The notes beneath the pieces are model-generated. The model was given only the letters and a program-made list of their open reading frames with translations. It did no database searches and was not told the origin of the DNA. Of a DNA stretch of 64,000 nucleotides, positions 55,334 to 63,041 are shown one piece after another. Within the stretch, counting starts at the first letter, position 1. Each line of letters opens with the position of its first letter. Source of the stretch: an uncultured Lentisphaerota bacterium (GTDB lineage Bacteria > Verrucomicrobiota > Lentisphaeria > Victivallales > UBA1829); contig ONQZ01000004.1 of the NCBI GenBank assembly GCA_900320095.1, positions 4,227 to 68,226 on the forward strand. Reading direction: 5' to 3'. The translations under genes were made by a program, and so were the position numbers.

Positions 55334-57466
55334 ATGGCGGGCGGGTTCGACATGATGCGGTTTCAGGAGTGCAGCGACACGCTGATCCCCTCGATTCGCA
55401 AAAATGCGAAGTGGATCACATTCTGGGTCTTCGCCTGCTTCGTCCTTTTCCTCGGACTCGGCATCTACCCCGCCATCCGCTCGGAAGCCCGCTGGTTCGA
55501 GGTCGTTCGCGAAATGCTTATGACCGGCGACTGGCTGCATCCGCGCATCAACGGCCAGGCGTACTTCGACAAGCCGCTCGTCAGCTACTGGTTCGCCGCG
55601 GTCGTCTCGAAGCTCGCGGGCGGACACGTCACCGAGCTTTCCGTCCGTCTCCCGAGTGCACTTTTCGCGCTGGCCGGACTCGCCTGCATCATTTCCGTCG
55701 CCCGCAAGTTCTATTCCGAGCGCACGGCGTATCTGGCGGGCTGGATCCTGCTCAGCACGTATTCGTTTATCGTGTGGGGCCGCCTCGCCGAGGCGGACAT
55801 GGAGCAGACGGTCTTCATCGTGATGGCGGTTACGGTGTACCTGCACCACCGGGAAACGCCGTCCTTCTGGGCGTATTTCGCGTTCTGGAGCTGCTGTGCG
55901 GTCGGTGCGCAGACCAAGGGGCTGCCCGCATTCGTCATCCCGCCCGCCCTGGCGCTCATCGACTGCGTCGTCCGGAAATCGTTCCGTGTGCATCTGAACT
56001 GGAAATTCTTCCTCGCGTTCTTCCTCGGCGGCCTCTGCCTGTACGCCGTGCCGTTCGTGCTGGAGGCGCTGACCTCGGAGCATTACGGCGCGAGCGGGAT
56101 CGTGCTGGTCTTCCGCGAGAACCTGATGCGCGTGTTCAATCCGTGGGACCACAACAAAGACCCGTTCTACGTGTATTTCCTGTATCTGCCGCGCCTGATG
56201 ATCCCGTGGACGCCCTTCTTCATCTTCGCGGTCATCGATTATGTCCACGGGCTCATCCGTGCCGTTGCGAAGCAAGGCACTGCTTCTGTGGAGGACTTGT
56301 CCTCCCGCAAGCCGTGCTCGAAGGACACGCTGTGGCTGTTCGCCTCGATGGTGTTCATCTTTATCCTGTTCTCCGCCTCGCGGTCGCGCCGTTCGTACTA
56401 CATCCTGCCGATCGTGCCGTGGTGCGCGCTCTTCACCGCCGCGTGGTTCTCCCAGCCGCAGGAGGGTTGGTCTTTCCTGCGAAAAATTACTGACAGATTC
56501 GCGAAGCTCGTGGACGCGCTGATTCCGGCGGCCGCCATCCTCCTGATCGTGTTTGCCGTCCTGACTCCGGGGATCACCTTCCTCGACTTCATCGGACTGG
56601 CTACCGGGAGGACCAGCCCTCTGCAGTTTATCCCGATTGACAGAAGGGAACTGGACATTTTGCTGTCCACTGTCCTTGCTCCGTTCGCCCTCATCGTCGG
56701 GATCGGGTTTCTGGTTTTCTGGCGACGTTCGCGGAAGAAACTCAAACAGGAGAATGCCGAGGGCGTTTTCGCGCCCGCCACCGATCCTCTGAACCGTGTG
56801 GTCCCGTTCGTGGCGTTCGTCCTGTTCACCGTCTTCTCCTTCCTGATCCCGCAGCTGAGCCGGACCAAATCCATCGAACCGGCCGCCCCCTTCCTGCGCG
56901 AGCAGGCCGCCTTGCTGAAGGAGATTCTTGCGAAGGACCCGGACTATATCAACCGTGTGGCGTTTTTCGGTTCGTCCAATGGCGCGGAACTGGCGTTCTA
57001 CCTGGATCTTCCCGCGCCGGTGAAGATGTTCTCGCTGGAGAAGCTTGACGACTCCAACCGCACGTTCATTTCCGACACGGTCGACATCAAGGGCCCGGAG
57101 GAGTTCATGGAGTTTCTGCATGAAGTGAAGGAACACGGCGGCATGGTGATCACGCGCGGAGAATGGGTGCGGCACATCATGGAATACCAGAACAACTCGC
57201 CCGAACCGAGGAATTACCCCACGTCTTCCCCGATGTACAGGTATCTGACGGATATCTGTTACTGTGATGGCTCCGGACTCAGCGAGCCGGCCTTGCGCCG
57301 GGAGAGACGGCTTAAAGCCGCCCTGGCCGCCGACCCCGAAAACGCAAAACTTCAGCGCAAGCTCGACAAACTGACTGAAAAACAAGTCGTGATATTCTAT
57401 TCAAGACCCAAATCCAATGCTCAGCCCGCCGAAGCGGACGGCGCAGAAGGGACCACGCAACCATGA
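55334..57466 (+). CDS. arnT: Undecaprenyl-phosphate-L-Ara4N:lipid A transferase-like glycosyltransferase (GT39/GT83, ArnT-like) with C-terminal extension
   Basis: 710 aa, polytopic. N-terminal loop motif EARWFEVVREM..GDWLHPRINGQAYFDKPLVSYW. Sits inside the arn cluster. About 150 aa longer than typical ArnT, as I recall it. Confidence 0.75.
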   Translation: MAGGFDMMRFQECSDTLIPSIRKNAKWITFWVFACFVLFLGLGIYPAIRSEARWFEVVREMLMTGDWLHPRINGQAYFDKPLVSYWFAAVVSKLAGGHVTELSVRLPSALFALAGLACIISVARKFYSERTAYLAGWILLSTYSFIVWGRLAEADMEQTVFIVMAVTVYLHHRETPSFWAYFAFWSCCAVGAQTKGLPAFVIPPALALIDCVVRKSFRVHLNWKFFLAFFLGGLCLYAVPFVLEALTSEHYGASGIVLVFRENLMRVFNPWDHNKDPFYVYFLYLPRLMIPWTPFFIFAVIDYVHGLIRAVAKQGTASVEDLSSRKPCSKDTLWLFASMVFIFILFSASRSRRSYYILPIVPWCALFTAAWFSQPQEGWSFLRKITDRFAKLVDALIPAAAILLIVFAVLTPGITFLDFIGLATGRTSPLQFIPIDRRELDILLSTVLAPFALIVGIGFLVFWRRSRKKLKQENAEGVFAPATDPLNRVVPFVAFVLFTVFSFLIPQLSRTKSIEPAAPFLREQAALLKEILAKDPDYINRVAFFGSSNGAELAFYLDLPAPVKMFSLEKLDDSNRTFISDTVDIKGPEEFMEFLHEVKEHGGMVITRGEWVRHIMEYQNNSPEPRNYPTSSPMYRYLTDICYCDGSGLSEPALRRERRLKAALAADPENAKLQRKLDKLTEKQVVIFYSRPKSNAQPAEADGAEGTTQP
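56259..56305 (+). repeat. Double-hairpin (REP/BIME-like) unit embedded in frame inside arnT, locus 5
   Basis: GTGCCGTTGCGAAGCAAGGCAC (56259-56280), linker tgcttctgt, GGAGGACTTGTCCTCC (56290-56305). Same spacing as the intergenic units. Encodes ..AVAKQGTASVEDLSS... Confidence 0.8.
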
Positions 57467-58431
57467 CAACGCCCGAAATCGAACTCTCCCTCGTCATTCC
57501 GGTCTACAACGAGGAGGAAAACCTGACCGAGCTCATCGCCCGCACGACCGCGGCATGCGACAAGCTGGACTGCACGACCGAGATCATCCTCGTGGACGAC
57601 GGCAGCGCCGACCGCAGCATGGAAATGATCATCGAGGCGTCGCAGAAGGACCCGCGCATCGTGGGCGTGATCCTGACCTCGAATTTCGGCCAGCATGCCG
57701 CCGTGACAGCCGGATTCCAGACGTCGCGCGGCAAATACGTCGTCACGCTCGATGCCGACCTGCAGAACCCGCCGGAGGAGATCCATAAGCTCCTGGAAAA
57801 ACTGCGCGAGGGCTACGACGTCGTCGGCTCCATCCGCGAAAACCGCCAGGACACGCTGTTCCGCAAGGTCGGCTCGAAGATGGTCAACCTCATGGTCCGC
57901 AAGCTCTGCAACGGCAAGACCATGACCGACTACGGCTGCATGCTCCGCGGCTACAGCCGGAACGTCGTGGACGCGGTCCTGCTGTGCCACGAGAACGGCA
58001 AGTTCATCCCGATGCTCGCGATGACCTACGCGCGCAAGTCCGTCGAGGTGCATGTGAAGCACGCAGAGCGCGCCGCGGGCGAGTCCAAGTACAGCGTGAT
58101 GAAGCTCATCGCGCTCCAGTACGACCTGCTGACCGGCACCAGCACCTTCCCGCTCCGCCTGCTGACCTTCTTCGGGTTCGGCGTCGGCGCGTTCGGCGTT
58201 TTGTTCGGTCTCTATGTCTTCATCCGTTCCCAGCTCGACAAGGACTGGGGCTTCGGCGGCACGTTCGCGCTGTTCGCCGTCGTCTTCGTGCTCATCGGCA
58301 TGCAGTTCGCATCCATGGGACTCCTGGGCGAGTACATCGGCAAGATCCACCTGAACTCGCGCGCCCGCCCTCAATTCTTCATCGAATCGATTCATCGCAA
58401 AAACAATACACAACCCAAAGAACAGGAGTGA
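57463..58431 (+). CDS. arnC: Undecaprenyl-phosphate 4-deoxy-4-formamido-L-arabinose transferase (GT2)
   Basis: LSLVIPVYNEEENL, VDDGSADRS, LDADLQNPPEEI, and two C-terminal TM segments. ATGA overlap with arnT. Confidence 0.88.
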   Translation: MTTPEIELSLVIPVYNEEENLTELIARTTAACDKLDCTTEIILVDDGSADRSMEMIIEASQKDPRIVGVILTSNFGQHAAVTAGFQTSRGKYVVTLDADLQNPPEEIHKLLEKLREGYDVVGSIRENRQDTLFRKVGSKMVNLMVRKLCNGKTMTDYGCMLRGYSRNVVDAVLLCHENGKFIPMLAMTYARKSVEVHVKHAERAAGESKYSVMKLIALQYDLLTGTSTFPLRLLTFFGFGVGAFGVLFGLYVFIRSQLDKDWGFGGTFALFAVVFVLIGMQFASMGLLGEYIGKIHLNSRARPQFFIESIHRKNNTQPKEQE

Positions 58432-58437
58432 CACCGC

Positions 58438-60429
58438 ATGAAAGCTGTCGTCTTCGCTTACAACAACATCGGCTGCATCGGCATCGAACAGCTCGTCAAG
58501 GCCGGCGTGACCGTCCAGGCCGTCTTCACCCATGCTGACGATCCCAACGAAAACCTCTGGTTCCGTTCCGTCGCCGAAACCGCCGCCTCCCTCGGCATCC
58601 CGGTCTTCGCGCCCGAGGACGTCAATCATCCGCTCTGGGCCGGACGCATCAAAAAGATGGCTCCCGACTTCATCTTCTCGTTCTACTACCGCAAGGTCAT
58701 CGGCAAGGACATCCTCGCCATCCCGAAGAAAGGCGCGTTCAACCTCCACGGCTCGCTCCTCCCGAAATACCGCGGCTGCGCCCCGCTGAACTGGGCCGTC
58801 ATCAACGGCGAAAAGGAATCGGGCGTAACGCTTCACAAGATGACCGCGAAGGTCGACGCCGGCGACATCGTGGCGCAGGAGAAGTTCGCGATCGCGGATT
58901 CCGACACCGCGAAGGACGCACACCTGAAGGCTGCCGCCGCCGCCGAAAAACTGCTCAAGAAAGTCCTGCCCTCCGTGCTCGCGGGCAAGGCGAAAGGCAA
59001 AAAGCAGGACGAAAAGCAGGCCACGTACTTCGGACACCGCTGCCCCGCCGACGGGCTCATCGACTGGACCAGGGACGCCGTTGCCGTCCGCAACCTCGTG
59101 CGCGGCGTGACCCGTCCTTTCCCCGGCGCGTTCACGTTCATCGCCGCTCAGAAATATTTCATCTGGGACGTTTCGGTCGTGCCGCTGAAGAAGAAAGCCC
59201 CGGCGGGCACCATCGTCTCCGTCGCTCCGTTCGTGATCGCCTGCGGCAAGGGTGCCGTACAGGTGAACTTCGCGCAGAAGGACGGCGGCCTGTATACGAC
59301 CGGCGAACAGCTCGCCGCGGACAGCCGTTTCACTCCGAAGATGGTCCTCACCAATTCGCCGATTGTTGGCCCGAAACGCAAGAAAAGCGTGCTGATCCTG
59401 GGCGTGAACGGCTTCATCGGCAGCGCCATCAGCCAGCGCCTGCTGGAGGACGGCAACTACGAGGTGTACGGCATGGACCTCCGCAGCGGCTACATCACCG
59501 ACCTGCTGTCCCATCCCGATTTCCACTTCTTCGAGGGCGACGTGCAGATCAACCACGAGTGGATCGAATACCACGTCCGCAAGTGCGATGTTGTCCTGCC
59601 GCTGGTCGCCATCGCCACCCCGATCGAGTACACCCGCAATCCGCTCCGCGTCTTCGAGCTCGACTTCGAGGAGAACCTGAAGATCGTCCGCTACTGCGCC
59701 AAGTACAACAAGCGCATTATCTTCCCCTCCACCTCCGAAGTCTACGCCATGTGCGACGACGAGAACTTCGACGAGGACAACTCCCGCCTCATCCTCGGCC
59801 CGATCCGCATGCAGCGCTGGATCTACTCCTGCAGCAAGCAGATGCTCGACCGCGTGATCTGGGCTTACGGTGCGTCCCGCGGCCTCAAGTTCACGCTCTT
59901 CCGCCCGTTCAACTGGATGGGCCCGAAGCTCGACTCGCTCTCCTCCGCCCGCATCGGCAGCTCCCGCGCCATCACCCAGCTCATCCTGAACCTGGTGCAG
60001 GGCAACCCGATCCTGCTCATCGACGGCGGCGCGCAGAAACGCTGCTTCACGCACGTGACCGACGGCATCGAGTGCCTGTTCCGCATCATCGAGAACAAGG
60101 ACGGCCTCTGCGACGGCAAGATCATCAACATCGGCAACCCCGACAACGAAGCCAGCATCAAGGAGCTCGCCGAAATCCTCGTCGAACTCTTCAACGAGCA
60201 TCCGCTCCGCAAGAAATTCCCGCCGTTCGCCGGCTGCAAGGAAGTCGAAAGCGGCACCTTCTACGGCGCGGGCTATCAGGACTGCCAGCACCGCAAGCCC
60301 AGCATCCGCAACGCCATGAAGTACTGCGGCTGGAAACCCGTCGTGCCTCTGCGCGAATCCATCAAGCAGACGCTCGACTTCTTCCTCCAGCAGGCCATTT
60401 CCTCCGGCGAGTTCGGGATCAAGAAATGA
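58438..60429 (+). CDS. arnA: Bifunctional UDP-Ara4N formyltransferase / UDP-glucuronate oxidative decarboxylase
   Basis: 663 aa. N-terminal formyltransferase ([17 protein letters not shown]). C-terminal SDR ([13 protein letters not shown]; YSCSK). Confidence 0.93.
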   Translation: MKAVVFAYNNIGCIGIEQLVKAGVTVQAVFTHADDPNENLWFRSVAETAASLGIPVFAPEDVNHPLWAGRIKKMAPDFIFSFYYRKVIGKDILAIPKKGAFNLHGSLLPKYRGCAPLNWAVINGEKESGVTLHKMTAKVDAGDIVAQEKFAIADSDTAKDAHLKAAAAAEKLLKKVLPSVLAGKAKGKKQDEKQATYFGHRCPADGLIDWTRDAVAVRNLVRGVTRPFPGAFTFIAAQKYFIWDVSVVPLKKKAPAGTIVSVAPFVIACGKGAVQVNFAQKDGGLYTTGEQLAADSRFTPKMVLTNSPIVGPKRKKSVLILGVNGFIGSAISQRLLEDGNYEVYGMDLRSGYITDLLSHPDFHFFEGDVQINHEWIEYHVRKCDVVLPLVAIATPIEYTRNPLRVFELDFEENLKIVRYCAKYNKRIIFPSTSEVYAMCDDENFDEDNSRLILGPIRMQRWIYSCSKQMLDRVIWAYGASRGLKFTLFRPFNWMGPKLDSLSSARIGSSRAITQLILNLVQGNPILLIDGGAQKRCFTHVTDGIECLFRIIENKDGLCDGKIINIGNPDNEASIKELAEILVELFNEHPLRKKFPPFAGCKEVESGTFYGAGYQDCQHRKPSIRNAMKYCGWKPVVPLRESIKQTLDFFLQQAISSGEFGIKK

Positions 60430-61313
60430 AGATCGCCATCCGCGTAGACGTCGATACGTTCCGCGGCACGCGCAGGGGGGTGCCGTCCCTCCTGCGCACG
60501 ATGGACCGCCACGGCGTCCGCGCGGCGTATTTCTTCTCGGTCGGCCCGGACAACATGGGACGCAACCTGTGGCGTCTGCTGAAGCCGACCTTTCTGTTCA
60601 AGATGCTCCGCACGAACGCCCCCGGGCTGTACGGCATGGACATCCTCCTCATGGGGACGGCATGGCCCGGTCCGGCGATCGGACGGCGCAATGAACAGGT
60701 GTTGCGCGACTGCGCCGCCGCCGGGCATGAGATTGGGCTGCACGCATGGGACCACTGCAAGTGGCAGAACCGCATCGCGTCGTTCTCCCCCGAGCTCATC
60801 ATGAAGCATCTGCGCCTCGCGTACGGCGAGATCGAACGCATCACCGGCAAGTCGCCTGTCTGTTCCGCCTCGCCCGGCTGGAAGACCACCGACGCCGTGC
60901 TGACCGCCAAGGAGACGTTCCGCTTCCGCTACAACAGCGATTGCCGCGGCAGCTCCGTCTTCCGTCCGGTCGTGAACGGCAAACAGCTCGAAACGCCGCA
61001 GATACCGCTCAACATGCCGACCTATGACGAACTGCTCGGCCGCGACGGCGTCACGCGCGAAAACTACAACGAACGTCTCCTCGCCACCGCCTCGCCCGAC
61101 GGCATGAACCTGCTGACCATCCACGCCGAGGCCGAGGGCGGCATCTGCGCCGACCTCTTCGACGACTTCCTCAGCATGGCGAAGGCGCGCGGGATCGAAT
61201 TCTGCGCCCCCGGCGACCTGCTGCCGCAGGATGTTTCCGCGATCCCGTCCGGCTCCATCCGGTCCGGCGTGCTGCCGGGCCGCGAGGGCTGGATGGCGCT
61301 GCAATCCGATTAA
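60426..61313 (+). CDS. arnD: 4-deoxy-4-formamido-L-arabinose-phosphoundecaprenol deformylase (polysaccharide deacetylase fold)
   Basis: 295 aa starting [14 protein letters not shown]...; contains HAWDH. ATGA overlap with arnA. It is the 3' part of track ORF 59559..61313. Confidence 0.88.
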   Translation: MKIAIRVDVDTFRGTRRGVPSLLRTMDRHGVRAAYFFSVGPDNMGRNLWRLLKPTFLFKMLRTNAPGLYGMDILLMGTAWPGPAIGRRNEQVLRDCAAAGHEIGLHAWDHCKWQNRIASFSPELIMKHLRLAYGEIERITGKSPVCSASPGWKTTDAVLTAKETFRFRYNSDCRGSSVFRPVVNGKQLETPQIPLNMPTYDELLGRDGVTRENYNERLLATASPDGMNLLTIHAEAEGGICADLFDDFLSMAKARGIEFCAPGDLLPQDVSAIPSGSIRSGVLPGREGWMALQSD

Positions 61314-61333
61314 ACCGCGTTCCGGAGGCGATT

Positions 61334-61966
61334 GTGGGCGGTTCAGCGCAATACACGGTCATCCTGGCGAACGGCAGTTTCCCCCGCCGCAAATGCCTGC
61401 TGGAGACGCTTCATGCCGCTGCGCGGATCGTCTGCTGCGACGCCGCCGCGTCCGCGCTGCTCCGCGCCGGACTGGAACCCGGCCTCGTCGTCGGCGATCT
61501 GGACAGCCTCGACCCGGCCTTGAAGAAACGTTTTGGAAAGCGCCTCATTCACGAATCCGAACAGGAGACGAACGACCTTTCGAAGGCGTTCCGGGCGTGC
61601 ATGGCGCGCGGCTGGAAGTCGATCGTGATCCTCGGGGCAGGGGGCCGCCGCGAGGACCATCTGCTCGGCAACGCGTCCCTGCTCCCGCTCTTCGCTGCCG
61701 CCGGGGCCGACGTCCGCATGGAGACCGACTACGGCACGTTCCTGCCCGTCCTCAAATCCGCCTCGTTCCGCCGTCCCGTCGGCACGAAGGTCTCCATCTT
61801 CAGTTTTCACCCGGAAATGCCGATCACGGCGACCGGGCTGGTGTATCCGCTCGACAAGCTCCGCCTGCCCTTCTGGTGGTGCGGCACGCTGAACGAGACG
61901 AACGCGCCGGAGTTTTCCCTCGCGTTCGACGGCCGCGCACCGCTTCTGCTGTATTTTCCGCGCTGA
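61334..61966 (+). CDS. thiN: Thiamine pyrophosphokinase
   Basis: 210 aa. ..VVGDLDSL.., ..EQETNDLSKA.. and GAGGRREDHLLGN are typical of TPK. GTG start 6 nt after GGAGG. Confidence 0.8.
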   Translation: MGGSAQYTVILANGSFPRRKCLLETLHAAARIVCCDAAASALLRAGLEPGLVVGDLDSLDPALKKRFGKRLIHESEQETNDLSKAFRACMARGWKSIVILGAGGRREDHLLGNASLLPLFAAAGADVRMETDYGTFLPVLKSASFRRPVGTKVSIFSFHPEMPITATGLVYPLDKLRLPFWWCGTLNETNAPEFSLAFDGRAPLLLYFPR

Positions 61967-62033
61967 TTTCCGCGCTGATTTCCGTGTTTTTCCGTGTTTT
62001 CAGCGTTTTTTTCTCTTTTTTTCAGTTTCCACC

Positions 62034-62061
62034 TTGACTTTCCACGATTTGATGGTATAGT
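62034..62061 (+). promoter_or_regulatory. Sigma70-type promoter of tRNA-Val
   Basis: TTGACT (62034-62039), 16-nt spacer, TATAGT (62056-62061). Confidence 0.55.
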
Positions 62062-62086
62062 AAATACCATTCTCAATTTGAATTGA

Positions 62087-62163
62087 GGGCGTATAGCTCA
62101 GTTGGTTAGAGCGCCACGTTGACATCGTGGAGGTCGTAGATTCGAGTTCTACTACGCCCACCA
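62087..62163 (+). tRNA. tRNA-Val (anticodon GAC), CCA encoded
   Basis: Manual fold. Acceptor GGGCGTA/TACGCCC, D-arm GCTC-AGTTGGTTA-GAGC, anticodon stem CCACG/CGTGG with loop TTGACAT, T-arm GTAGA-TTCGAGT-TCTAC, then ACCA. Confidence 0.92.
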
Positions 62164-62177
62164 TTTTGCACCAAGCT

Positions 62178-62216
62178 AAACCGTTGGAATTCAGCAAGAT
62201 TCCAGCGGTTTTTCTT
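62178..62216 (+). terminator. Rho-independent terminator after tRNA-Val
   Basis: AAACCGTTGGAAT (62178-62190) pairs with ATTCCAGCGGTTT (62199-62211) with one G-U pair, followed by a T-run. Confidence 0.75.
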
Positions 62217-62410
62217 TTTCTACGCACACCCTGCCACAACCCGCAAAAACCTGCCAAAACAGGCCCTAAAAGGGGCGAATTACGGAAAAATTACGGAAAG
62301 CTTTAGGTTTTAAATCAGTGAGCTTGGCCGAGCACAAATAATTGTATTCCGAAAAAAACGTCTCACCCCCCTAGTTTTCGTGATCCGGGACGCTTTTCCC
62401 CTGTCCGACG

Positions 62411-62515
62411 CACATAGGTGCCCACATACGGGGCACATACGCCTCCTTTTCCTCGTTATCTGAGCAATCTGAGGTGAAATCTGTGTTTTACATACGTTAC
62501 ATACGTTACATACGC
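62411..62515 (+). repeat. Iteron-like ACATA(C/G)G repeats (six copies, three in perfect 9-bp tandem)
   Basis: CACATAGG 62411-62418; CACATACG 62423-62430 and 62434-62441; TACATACGT x2 plus TACATACGC in tandem at 62489-62515. Confidence 0.85.
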
Positions 62516-62607
62516 CTGTTTTCCACTCCTGAACACGTTTTTCATGCGATCTCATCGCTTCTGAACATGGGGAACTTCCCTGTTCGAAAAACGAGCAACT
62601 CCTCTCC

Positions 62608-62829
62608 TCAGTATTCCAGGATGTCTTCAATCCGGCACGAGAGGACCTGGGCAAGCGAGCGAAGTGTCGTACCTGCACCTGCGGCCTTGTTGATGTCTTT
62701 GGAGCGTCCCTCGTACTGCTGAATCGTGCGGAGATTCACCCCGGCCAGTTCACTCAACTTCCGTTGCGTCAGCTTATTATTCTTTCGCCGGACCTTAAAT
62801 GGAGCGACAGCGCCTTTTTGAGAAAAAAT
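62608..62829 (-). CDS. XRE-family helix-turn-helix protein (no canonical start codon; possible pseudogene)
   Basis: Manual translation: ..KVRRKNNKLTQRKLSELAGVNLRTIQQYEGRSKDINKAAGAGTTLRSLAQVLSCRIEDILEY*. The frame is open from 62856, but there is no in-frame ATG/GTG/TTG before the HTH. An ATT lies at 62829, and poly-A runs flank it. Confidence 0.45.
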   Translation of the reverse strand: MFSQKGAVAPFKVRRKNNKLTQRKLSELAGVNLRTIQQYEGRSKDINKAAGAGTTLRSLAQVLSCRIEDILEY

Positions 62830-62946
62830 GAAAAAAGTCCAAAAAAAGTAATCAGGCTACATCCTCACGCAAGATGCACCATTCCCTTGCCACATGATGC
62901 CACTATTTGCAACAAGCGCAACGCGTTTATAATCAATATGTTACAT

Positions 62947-62974
62947 TTGTATTTCTCGATTTTTATGCTATAGT
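62947..62974 (+). promoter_or_regulatory. Sigma70-type promoter (extended -10) of island NTPase gene
   Basis: TTGTAT (62947-62952), 16-nt spacer, TGC-TATAGT (-10 at 62969-62974). Confidence 0.5.
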
Positions 62975-63041
62975 ATCTGTATTCCTGATGGCAGAGTTGT
63001 GCGAACAGGGTAATAAGTTCAGAACATGAAAGGCAAATATC

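Noticed and set aside
57421-60291. 956-aa minus-strand ORF; likewise 55172..57385 (737 aa) and 60276..61304 (342 aa)
   Set aside because: All are antisense to arnT/arnC/arnA/arnD. No motifs; high-GC shadow ORFs.
61314-61333. Search for arnE/arnF small membrane ORFs after arnD
   Set aside because: Only 20 nt separate arnD from the next gene. No SMR-like ORF exists anywhere in 54-62 kb.
61950-62030. Short tandem duplications (tttccgcgctga x2, tttccgtgttt x2, T-runs) at the end of the thiamine pyrophosphokinase gene
   Set aside because: They look like simple slippage duplications in a T-rich spacer before the tRNA-Val promoter. No structure or further copies were noticed.
62310-62678. 122-aa minus-strand ORF in the island
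   Set aside because: It reads through the iteron repeats (giving CNVCNVC) and overlaps the better-supported HTH frame. No RBS or motif.
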